Below the pieces are notes generated by a model that ran no database searches, was not told the DNA's origin, and saw only the letters and a list, made by a program, of their open reading frames with translations. Position numbers and translations under genes: made by a program. This document shows, piece after piece, positions 53,630 to 64,000 of a stretch of DNA of 64,000 nt. The stretch covers positions 2,912,909 to 2,976,908 of the forward strand of contig MU057560.1 in the NCBI GenBank assembly GCA_013265495.1, given 5' to 3'. Position 1 is the stretch's first letter; each line of letters opens with the position of its first letter. The DNA comes from Vicugna vicugna. Taxonomy: Eukaryota.

Positions 53630-56600
53630 TAAGATTTAACAAAAATCATTCTCTTTCTGAAATCGATGCAGCTAGTAGTAACAAAAAGGACGTGTCGCTC
53701 AAAAGGGAAAATGCCTCTAGAAAGCCACCTGCGCCCATCAGCGCCTCAGCTCAGCACCCGGGTCGGGGTTTCGGGGCTGAGTCACTTTTCCGGACAGCGC
53801 ACTCTGCCTTTTCCCTCTCGCTCACCTCCAGCTTTAAATCCCATGTAGCCTTTCCGTCTTGAATCGTCCGAGGCACAGGCGTTTTCTCTCCGGATGCGCC
53901 CGCTCCGGAGGGGAAGGCTTTCAGACGCGCGCACAGGTTTAGGAAGTCACTGTAATGTCCAAAGTCAAAAGCTGATTTTTTTTAAAGTCAGTAGTTAAGA
54001 TAACGATCTAAAAAATGGGTATTTAAATGGCACTGATGATAAAAAAAAACACCCAGATCTGATCTGAGCTAATCCCTTCGGTCCACGTGGCCACAGCCGC
54101 CAGCGACCCCAAGGCAGCGCCAGCCCACAGCTAACGCAGGCTCCCCCGCCCGCAGGCGCCACAGCTCTCCCCTCCTCCACGCCTGCCATGTCCTCTGTGT
54201 TCTAAGCGTGAGTCTGGTCAGCCTCGTGTGCACTCCCGGTCTAAGGTGCTGCTTCTTCACGTGTGGACACACGTGTGCACGTGGTCATACTGGGTTCCTA
54301 GGCAGGTTTTGGAGGAAGTCACTGCAGACCAGGGGCAGCGTGTCAGCACCTCCAGGAATCTAGTTGGAACAGACTTGCAGGCGTATGTAAGGGAAAGGGA
54401 CAAGGCTTCAACGTCCTACAACACGAGCACCCAGAATCCCCGGTAATTGTCTTTAACTGCCTGGCCTGTTGCAGATACCATCACCTGCTTGGCTTCCATC
54501 TTGTCTGGAAATGACTTTCTTACCAACGCAGAGAAAATTCTGTTTTCAGACCCTGCTTGACCCCTTCCCCAGGCCCCCACCCCGTGCCCCGATCCCACCG
54601 CGTGGACCAGGGCTGGCGCAGGGTAGGGGCTCCGTTTCACACCGTGTCATTTTTTGCAGGCTCCCTGTCCAAGGTGCTGGTGCCATAGACCAGCTGCTCA
54701 CGTTCAGAGAGCTCCTGAACTAGCCCTTCCGTCGCCCGCCTCGGGGAGTTTTCTTCATGGCGTGTAGACACCTGCAGGTCACGCCCTTCCTTAACAGCTT
54801 TAACGTCCATAGCGTGTCCACGCGGTGCCTGATGGACCAGTAGCTTTTAGAGCCACAAACGGACAGGATTAGCAAGGACCGCTCAGCCCGCTCTGTAGAG
54901 ACATCCTTTTGCATGGCTTGAAACCATGTCTTCCTCACGATCAAAGCGTGGTCACCCAGACCTGGAACCTGGCCAGCACATCAGACGCGGCGACTTCCCT
55001 CTGAATTTCTTGCTGAGGCGCCCTTTGCACATCTCCAGTTCCCCCGGGCCAGCTGCAGGCAGGAGAGCAGCCTGTGGACAACTTGCGTCCAGCCTGGCTT
55101 CCCCTTGGCTGGCTCCAGCCCCAGGGAGCAGAGCAGGCTTCTGCCCGGTCTGGTTTTCGCTGGCTTGCATCCGCTGACCTGGGCCTTAGAAGGCCGCGTT
55201 GGCCTGAAGTTCGGGCAGAACTGCCCCTCCTCCCGCATCGGCACTCTCTTCTTGTCGAGTCTCATCTTGGAGGATGGCGTGGCGGTCCTCACCGTCGGCA
55301 TCTTCAGAGGTGATGGGGTGCCCTTCACGTCCCCCAGGGCGGTGCCAGCAGTCAGTTCCCTCCCGCCAACCTCCTCCTGGAGGGGAGGCTGTATCTTCCA
55401 GAGGGCAATGGCCTCTCCTGATTTAAGCTGATCTAAAAGCTGCAGTTGCTTCTAACCTGTCTTTGTCACAAGTAAATCCCAATTCGATTGGTTCTTTTCC
55501 TGGGAAATCTCAACTTGACAGTTTTCTGAAATGCTTTGTTTTTATGACTGGATCTTCAAAACTAGGGACTTCACTTCAATGTCTACCATAAATAGTTTGA
55601 TATTTAAATGAGCAGTTTTTCCTTGATGATGAGTCTCTCTGCACTGAGGAAGCCCTAGGTTACAAAGTGGGGTTTTGTCCTCCATCTTGTCTTTGGTGAC
55701 ACCCCTCCACCCATCCGCTGATTTTTGCCGTGGGCCACAAAGTTCCCATGCCCGGAGCAGACCCTCTAGGACCGGCAGCAGCTTCCTCTAGAATAACTCC
55801 TGCGCGTGCCCTTTCCAGCGGGTTATTCTTCGTACGCGTATGTGTTTTTTAAAGCTTTGGTCGGTTCCCGCTGCAGCCGCGCGGAGCCGCCGGAGAGGCC
55901 GCAGCCGCGCTGGTCGCCGTGTCAGGCCGGGTGCCGTGGCGTCCACTTCACAGAGGCGCACGAGGAGGTGGGTCCCAGGCACCACGCGCATCCTTCTCTC
56001 ACGCGCATCAGCCAGGAAACGGAGCCCTCTGGGAGCGCTCCCCTGCGCACCTCCAATGCCGGGTTTTGTTAGCTGGCTGTTCGCAGGGCTTTCTTGATCT
56101 CAGGTAGACAGCGAGGTCCGCCAGATTAACTCTGGGTCTTGGCTCCCCAGTCCTCTTAAACCTCTTGAGATAAGGCTCTGCTCCGTTCTTATCCAGAACA
56201 ACACATACGGGATATTCTTAAAAAGGTGTCGATAACTGTCCCGTTCTGTACCACGTGCAGACTGAACGTGTATTAAAATGGAATGTGCCGGCCAAGATCA
56301 TTCAGACTCTGGAACTTCTGCTTCCTCTGGGCTCGGGTCCATCTGACGCAGAGGACAGGTCGGTGTCTGGGCAGTGAGGCGGGGGACGCCCAGGGAGGGG
56401 GCGCCCAGGGGGAGGGGACCCCTGGAGGCAGGCAAGGGTGACCAGAGACGTCTATAGCCCAGAGCCCGAGACGGGCAGACCCTCCCGGGCTGATGCAGGC
56501 GCTCTGGGAAGAGCCGTGTGGGGACTCCTGACTGTGAGGATCCCTGAGACCCCAGGCCAGGGGGAAAAAGAATGAAATTGTCCAACTCAGCGTGCCTTTT

Positions 56601-59291
56601 TGGTGAGACTTCTGCCTAACGTGTGCTCTGACTCCCAAGGGAGATTTCTCTAAAATTTCACTGGCAAAGATTTCCTGAAAGTGGCAACTGGAAAGAGACC
56701 GTCACCCCCATCGCTGTCCGCCTTTCCCTTCTTCCTTTTCTTAACAAGCTGCGTCCTCCCAGGAGCTCTTTCTCCGGCTCCCGGACGTGTGATCGGAGCA
56801 GACTCGGGCGTGACGTGGGGGCTCTGCTACCTCAGCGACCAATTTAAGCCAAATCAGAGCTGATTTCAATCAGAGGCAGTTAGCTCTAAAAATTGGCCCC
56901 CAAATTGGCTTCCATTTCTATTTCGGTCGGCCGCGTTTAGATACCCCCTTATTAGTCACATCTTCTTCCTGTGATAATACCACGACGCGTGTCATTAGCG
57001 CACCTCCTGCAGGAAAAGGAGTTGTCAGTCACTGGTCCGCCTTGACTTCTCGATGTTCGATCCAGTCATCGTGGGGCGGGTGGGGCCCTACTTCTCGGTT
57101 CTCTGCGCTTGAAAACGTCCTCTTGTGTACTGTGTCCTCGCAAAGCCTCTGTCCTATGTGTTTTCATCTCAAAACTAGAGGAATTTTAACCACAATATCA
57201 AAGAGCTTTTTTTTTCAACCTGCCCACATTTATTTAAAGCAAAGATTTAAAATTTTGAGCTTGACTGGCCAAGATACTACTTTTCTCTAAAGGCTGCTTA
57301 TGTCTAGAACTTCCGAGGGCTTATTTCTTCAGCTGTGAGCGTGGTGCGGTCTCTAGGGAGATTACTTACTGGGGTCTCACAGAGATCCCCCCCCCACTTC
57401 TACTCTTTGGGGCGGGAAGTTCACCCACGCTCACTGCACGCCCAGTTCTGAGCAGTGACCTGACTTCTGTCCTCTTCCGCCTTCACTGTTGACGATAGTA
57501 AATCCAGGGGACTTTGTGAACTGCAGCTGCCCTCGGCGGCATCCTGGTTCCCCTGAGCTGGGCGTGTTTCTGTGTGGAGGGACGCAGGGACCTGTCTGCA
57601 AGTTCGACTCCTTTTTGACCGAGTTATCGTGAGGCTCTGGCCCTCACACTGGGGGAGGCGGGGGATACACGATCGTTCACTTCGAAGAGGACTCCCACGG
57701 ACGCCCTCCTTTAGCTGGAAATCATCTTGCTCTGTGACTGGCCCAGCCTCCTGAGCGTGCCTGGCTCGTGATGTGATGTCTGTTGGGGAGAAGGGGCGCC
57801 AGCCTGGGGTGTCTCAGGGCATGTCATGATCTGCTGGGATGTGGTAAGCCACACACCCCCCAAGATTTAGCTGATTCCTGGAGCCTTCCACAGACCCATG
57901 GTGGCACCACTGTTACAGAGGCAGGTCACACTTGTTTACAAAGTGCCTCTACACTGACCTCCCCCCATGAGAGGAGATGGGGGCTTGGACCCATCTCAGG
58001 GATGTGGAAACTGAGGCCAGGGTGCTGAGGGGCTCCATCAGTAAATGGTGGAGTCCAAACTTGGCCCAAGTGCCTTTTCCACACTTCATTCTGCCTTCTC
58101 AAAGTTAGTAAACCTGTAGGTGTGTTGCTTTTTGATGGAGAATTAAAGGCGTATGCTTCACTACGTGAAAAGACACGCGAAGTCCGACTGTCCTTCTCTG
58201 ACGCTTTCAACTTTGGGTCTTGGGCAGTGTCCTCTCCTAACACCCTGGCTCGGTCACGATGGGGTGAGGGGGCCCGGCGACGCCGCGCTTCTGGCTGTGA
58301 CGCCCCGGTCAGTGTGCCGAGCTGCGCACGCCCTTCTTGCCGCAGCCTGCTCGGTGCATCCCGGGGTTGCCTGGCGAGGACCCAGTCCTGCCTTCTACAT
58401 TTCAGCATCTGGAACAGGTTTATAAAGTTCGCACTACAGTGGTTTTCAGAAAATACCCTAAGAAATGCAGCTTGTTGCAGGTAGAGTTTTATTTTACCAT
58501 AAGTAGGGCCAATTTAAAATAGGCCCAATATAGGAAATTTGGTTAAGCACAGTGTAGCCAAACTTCTGCAGTAAGAATGTTTGAGGAAGATGCCAGTGCA
58601 CGCTCACACTTGCTTACACACGTGCTGACACGTGCTCACACGCACACACTCACACGAACAGACAGACAGATGACAAGGGAAGCGCAGCCCCAATGCCCGG
58701 CCGCGGCTGGCTGAGCTCCGTGCTGGGGCGTCGGGGAGAGAGGCCTGGGCCTTCCCTCTGTGTCTGGAGGGAGGGCCCCCCCCCAGACACCTGCCCACGG
58801 CGAGTGCCACTGGTCTGCTGTTCTCGCTGGACCCTGCCGCGAGCCCCCCTCCACCCCTCTCTCCCTCGTGGTCGGCATTAGACCCGGATTACTAACGGAG
58901 AGTTCGAGGTGTTTAGGTTTCAGGTTATATTTTAATCACCTGTAACTATATTCACACACAAACCAACCAAAAGCAAAACAAAGCAAAAAAAGAAAAAGAA
59001 AAAAGAGAACAAAAATGCAGGTGCTCAATTCCCTAGTTCATCTGTGTTTACGAAGCTCCTGCAGGCTGTCTGGCGATGTTTGAGGTGCCACCTGGGGTGT
59101 TTGCTTTTCATTGTTTGTTCCCTGCCATCTCCCAGGATGGGGCGCAGGTATGAGGAAGTTTCCAGAATGAAAACTCAGACTTAGGTCAGGAAGGGAGGGC
59201 AGAGGTGTAGGCTGGAGGGTGAATAATCCAGACGCAGCTTTTGTGTGAAGAGACTCTGCAAGATAAGACGCAGAGCCAGGCCTCCCCCTTC

Positions 59292-59385
59292 AAGTGGCGC
59301 TGAATCGTCCGTGCCTCAGTTTCCCTGTCTGTGACACGGGCAGCCCCGGTGCGCGGCTCACTGGGGCAGTGGGTTTAACTGAGCG
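59292..59385 (+). mobile_element. MIR fragment, strongly GC-shifted
   Basis: gtccgtgcctcagtttccctgtctgtgacacgggcagccccggtgcgcggctcactggggcagtgggtttaactgag aligns to the MIR core. Confidence 0.75.
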
Positions 59386-59744
59386 AGTGTCACCACCCCC
59401 ACGCGGCACGCCCAGGCCTCCCGGCTCGCGGGCTTTGCTGGGTCTGTGGCGACCGCGGGCAGAAGCCCAGGAGGGAAATGCAAGCTCAGTGTGGCGCTCG
59501 CCGAGCGGCTCTGCGCCGGCAGCCCTCTGCGACGGACCTGAGGTTAGGGGAAAGCAGTCACTCCTAACCTGCCGGCCTTCTGGCTTTGGGGGGCGCTAGA
59601 GCAAGTCCTGTCGTTTAGGAAGAAAAACCAGGAGAAGAAAGACGCTGTGGCAGTCACACTCGTTAGAAGGCTGAGGGGTCGTTCCAGAATGGGGCGCCCA
59701 CACCCGGCTCCTCCCTGCCGTGTTCCTGCGGTGCCCGTGTCCCA

Positions 59745-60295
59745 GCACGTGCGTGGGTGTGCACACGCCTGTGTCCATGTGTGTGTGTGTGTGCACACGC
59801 GTGTGTGCCTGTGTCCGTGTGTGTTCGCCTGTGTCTGTGTGCACATGTGCGTGCATATGCATGTATGTGTCCATGTGTGAGTGTGTGCAGATGTGCTTGT
59901 GTACGTGTGTGCACTGTGTGCCTGTGTCTATGTGTGCGCACGCCTGTGTGCGCACATGTGTGTGCGTATGTGTCCGTGTGTGTGTGCAGATGTGCTTGTG
60001 TACGTGTGTGCACTGTGTGCCTGTGTCCATGTGTGCATGTGCCTGTGTCTGTGTGTCCACATGTGCTTGCGTATGCATGTGTGTCCGTGTGTGTTCGCCT
60101 GTGTGTGCGCATGTGTGTGCAGATGTGCTTGTGTACGTGTGTGCCTGTGTCCATGTGTGTGCTCCTGTGTCTGTGTGTGCACGTGTGCATGAGTATGCAT
60201 GTGTGTGTCCGTGTGTGAGTGTGGGCAGATGTGCTTGTGTGCATGTGTATACACGTGTGCCTGCGTACACGTGTGCCTGTGTGCCCGTTTGCACA
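59745..60295. repeat. About 550-bp complex TG-rich tandem repeat
   Basis: Recurrent blocks such as gtgtgtgcagatgtgcttgtgtacgtgtgtgcactgtgtgcctgtgtc start near 59881 and 59981, with partial copies later. Confidence 0.92.
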
Positions 60296-61649
60296 GCTGA
60301 GCACAGGTTTCACGTGTGGTTGTCGTGGTCGGCATGTGAGCGTCATCACACCCGCATCGTCACGCCCGTCTGTGCTCACATCCCTTCAGTAAAGGGGGAC
60401 CATCTGGAAAGACCCAGGGCTTCCAGGTGGAAGCAAGAGCCAGGGAGGGCATTTCCAGGAAAACCACAAACCAGGCTGTTTTTTTCATTTGAGTTAAAAA
60501 CGTGGAATGTGCACCCAGAGATGAGGCAGTGTCTGCCCTCAGGGAGCTGGTGGTCAGGGTTTCCAGGCCACAGAGACAACCGTCCTGTTGTCTGCAGAGC
60601 ATCCCAGAAAGGTGACTGGCCTGGCGGTGGATGATCAGGGGAGGCCCCCTCCCCACGGTGGGCAGTGGGCTGGCTGGCGAAGCAGCGGGGCCTGGTGGGG
60701 ACGTGTCCTGGCAGGCTAGGGCCTGAGCTCAGCTGTGCCCAGGGTGTGGGCAGCAGACGGACCTGCAGAGGCCAGGGCTGCCCTCAAGGGCAGAGTGCCA
60801 AGTAGGGAGTCAGAGGCCAGGCAGAGCCGGGGGACAGAAAGTTTCGGGCTGGGAAACCAGACGCTGGGTCCCTGCTCAGCTGCAGGGGAGGCCGGGTGGA
60901 GTCAGATGTCCAGGTTGCCGTCCTGGGCACCGGGTGGATGGCCCTGCCATCCCTGCACGGGAAGGTGTTTCCAGACCTCGCCACGTGCTCTCAGGGTCAG
61001 CTCTGCACCCTCTCTTGTCAACACGAGGGCTTTGCTGGGTGGACTGGAGGCTTCTCGGAAAAGCAGGTCTTCGTTTGCATGTGGAAATTGACATTGTTAA
61101 CTTGTTCACTGGTGTTTCTCACTGGTGTTACATCACCCAGTTTCCTCAAAACTAAATGAAACGTGACGAACATGCACCGTCCCTGATCCATGATCTCTAG
61201 GTTGCAGAATAGCTAAAGGCTGGGGTCCAAGCCCATACGTGTAGACGGTCGTCATTAGCACCTGTGGTCACGGTGGTCACCGCAGAGCCCTCCCCCCGGG
61301 AGGCTTGTCCCTTTCCTCAGGGCCAGGGTGGCGTCCGCGGGCCCCACGTCTCAGCTGCCTTCCCCACAGTCCCACTGGCTAAGCCCCCCACCTCTGCCCC
61401 TCAATGGGCCACACAGCGGCCGTGCAGAGCGCGGCCCGCCGTGACCGCTGCCCTCGAGCTGAGTCGGGAGCCTGCCCGTCCTGGGGTTCCAGGTGAACTT
61501 CTAGCCTAATCCACGCTGGCCCCGAAATTTTTACGTTTTTTATTGTGACAAATGTGCAGAATGTTTTAGGTCCAGAATAAGGCTGTGAGGAAGACCTTTC
61601 TTGTGAAATATTTCTTAGCATTCCATTCCTCCATTTAGAAACAATAAAA

Positions 61650-61926
61650 TTTTATTTTTTTAATTGAAGTATAGTCAGTTTACCATGTTGTGTTAATTTC
61701 TGGTGACAGCATAGTGATTCATTTATACAGATAAATATTTCTATTCATATTTTTTTCATTATAGGCCATTGCAAGCTATTGAATAGAGTTCCCTGTGCTG
61801 CACAGTAGGATCTTGTTGTTTATCTATTTTATAGACAGTGGTGTGTATCTGCAAATTTCAAACTCCCAATTTAACCCTCCCCACCCTCTTGCCCCCCCCC
61901 CCCGGTACTGTGAGTCTGTTTCTGTT
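61650..61926 (-). mobile_element. 5'-truncated L1 3' end, antisense to the gene
   Basis: A T-rich tail followed by aattgaagtatagtcagtttaccatgttgtgttaatttctggtg...gaatagagttccctgtgctgcacagtagga, typical of laurasiatherian/camelid L1 3' UTRs as recalled. Confidence 0.8.
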
Positions 61927-63199
61927 GAAATGATGAAATTTGAATGCAGACAGTGGAAAGGACTGAATGATAATAATCATCTCTAAACAAATAAAACACG
62001 ATTTGCTATATAATCAAGCTGAAATGATACATCCTATACAAACCATTTAAAATTGCTCTTTGAATAAGTTTACTCTTTAACTGCTAGGTTATTTATGTTT
62101 CTTCATAAAGTAAAGGATATAAAGTACACGGCATATTTGGTGCATGTGAACAAAAGGAAAAAATGATTTTCCTTACAATTTTAAATACTGCAGTTTTACT
62201 GGTATTTTGAATGTATGTACACACGTTTACATGTACTGCGTACCAATGTATAAACACACGTGTGTGTGAATACGTGTATTTTGTGCTGTCTATGTTGTTG
62301 GGCCAGGATTCAAAGCCACATGCCCGTCCCTTCCTAAAACACGTTGAAGCGTCTTTGAGTCTCCCGCAGACATCGCGCCTCGGTAACTTTGGCCTCCCCT
62401 AGTTGTTGGGGGTCTGGCCCGTTTTCTTCTCGTTCTGGGCGCCTCGGGGTGATTCTCAGAAATGACGCTCCCGCAAGCTCACGGGAACGCTGCTGTCCAC
62501 TTGCGGCCCCGAGCTGCAGGAGGGGCTGCTCCTGTGGTAGAGATGAGTGTCTGGCCAGCAAGGACTAGACTAACTGGCCTTTAAGTGTAAATTTGAGGTT
62601 TTATTCCAGTAAACACCTCGCTAATCTATAGTTCCCTGGAGCAAAGTGAGTGAAGTTGGAGGTAAGGTGGCCGTCCTCTTCGGGAAATGATTGGCAAGGA
62701 CTTTCGAGGGCATTTTTGCCCTGGCCATTCTCTCTGAGTGTCTTTCTTGATTGGAAAGGCTGCCTCTGAAGGCGAGGAAGGGGTGCGTGGGGGCCGGGGA
62801 GGCCAGCGAGCAGGGAGCTGGTGAGGAGCCGTCTCGCCTGTCGGGTATTTGACCCACCTGTACGTGGAACCTGATCCGGGCTCTCCCCAAGCAACACGTC
62901 AGGGAACAGCACATCCCACCTACTCTGTTCCTTTTCTGCGTTTTTACAGGAGGAGACAAGCCCCAGGCATCAGCCAGCTCTAGCTAGTTGTCTACACATT
63001 TACGTCTCCGGCGGTGCGGGTGCTTAAGAGAGGGAGGCCCCTGGCTCCCTTCAAAGGGAGCTCCAGAGAGTCTTGGCAGTACAGGGCGACAAGCAGTCCC
63101 ACCCTCACCTGACATTTTAAACAAAGCAGAAAGCAGTAGCTGCCAGTGCATTCTGAAAATCACAGTGCAGATGTGATTTGACTCTGTGACACGCTTCTG

Positions 63200-63362
63200 C
63201 AGGACGGTCCAGCAGGACTTTCCAGGACAATGGAGTGTTCTGGACCTGTGCTGTGAGCAAGGCCACGGGGCTGAGGAACTGCATTTTCAATTGCATTTAG
63301 CTGTATTAATTCTCATGTAAATAGCCACACGTGTCTAGTGGCTCTCAGCATTGGACCACTCA
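63200..63362. mobile_element. MER3-like hAT DNA transposon remnant
   Basis: gtccagcaggactttccaggacaatggagtgttctggacctgtgctgt...ctgaggaactgcattttcaatt...aatagccacacgtgtctagtggct...ttggac. Confidence 0.75.
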
Positions 63363-64000
63363 CCTAGAACCTCAGACTTCGTATATATACACTTACTGCA
63401 TTTTAATAAACATTCAGGAATATTTCATTCCTACAACTGAAAAGTCTGATTTGTTTAGCATCTGTGTCCTCCACATTTCTGTTCTATTATTAAGCCATTG
63501 ACAAATAGGTAATCCTTTTATTTTTGCACAGTGTCCTCTGTTTAAATCTAATGCTGTTTGTAGACAGATTAAAGCTAAGTATTATGTAAGTTTCATGATG
63601 TGACCGTTTTCAGAACAGAATATTTGCATACTGCACCGAAACCTCACTGTTTTGGGCCATTCAGGCAGCGTTTAATACAAGGTGGTGGGAAGCTTCAGTT
63701 ACCTTACTTTCAGAATATATTCGACTTTCTTATTTCCAAATTTGTAGAGAAAATCAATTTAGGGGAGCAGGCTATCAAAGAGGGAGCCTCAGACCGCCTT
63801 CTCAGACACTGAGTAAGCCTGGCTGATAGTCAGCAGGCGCGCTGTCAACACGGGGGCGGCAGCGTGGCCAGCAGCCTGCTCACTGTGGGCGTCCTGGCCG
63901 TCCTGGCTCCAGCTGCCTGCGCTCATTAGCCACAGCTCCAGGAGGCGTGCCGCGTGGACGTGACCTTCAGCCTTCCCTTGGCCCAGTTACTGGCAGCGTC

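Noticed and set aside
59596-60634. Long His/Thr- and Cys/Val-rich ORFs (up to 304 aa)
   Set aside because: Translations of the TG/CA repeat; the same holds for the ORFs at 20207-20867.

Overview
The window is the middle part of a mammalian MYT1L gene (myelin transcription factor 1-like, a CCHHC zinc-finger neuronal transcription factor) on the + strand. Ten constitutive coding exons between 13089 and 53628 splice in frame through GT-AG junctions (2556 nt, 852 codons; about human exons 9-18 as I recall the numbering). The start codon and the C-terminal exons lie outside the window. A 63-nt in-frame cassette exon (53039-53101) would complete an extra zinc finger. Two short tRNA-Ala-derived SINEs and an L1 3' end resemble camelid elements, and I saw no ruminant, pig or primate SINEs, so a camelid source is likely (inference). 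The introns hold old MIR, L2, MER and HAL1/L1-like remnants, minisatellites, UG-rich tracts and two N gaps; one gap lies inside a coding exon. I found no new biological system. The most notable points are the hidden zinc-finger exon with a Gly-to-Arg change, strong GC-biased remodelling of the largest exon, and a gap whose length matches the missing coding sequence. Comparisons with human and mouse proteins and repeat consensi are from memory, not from a search.
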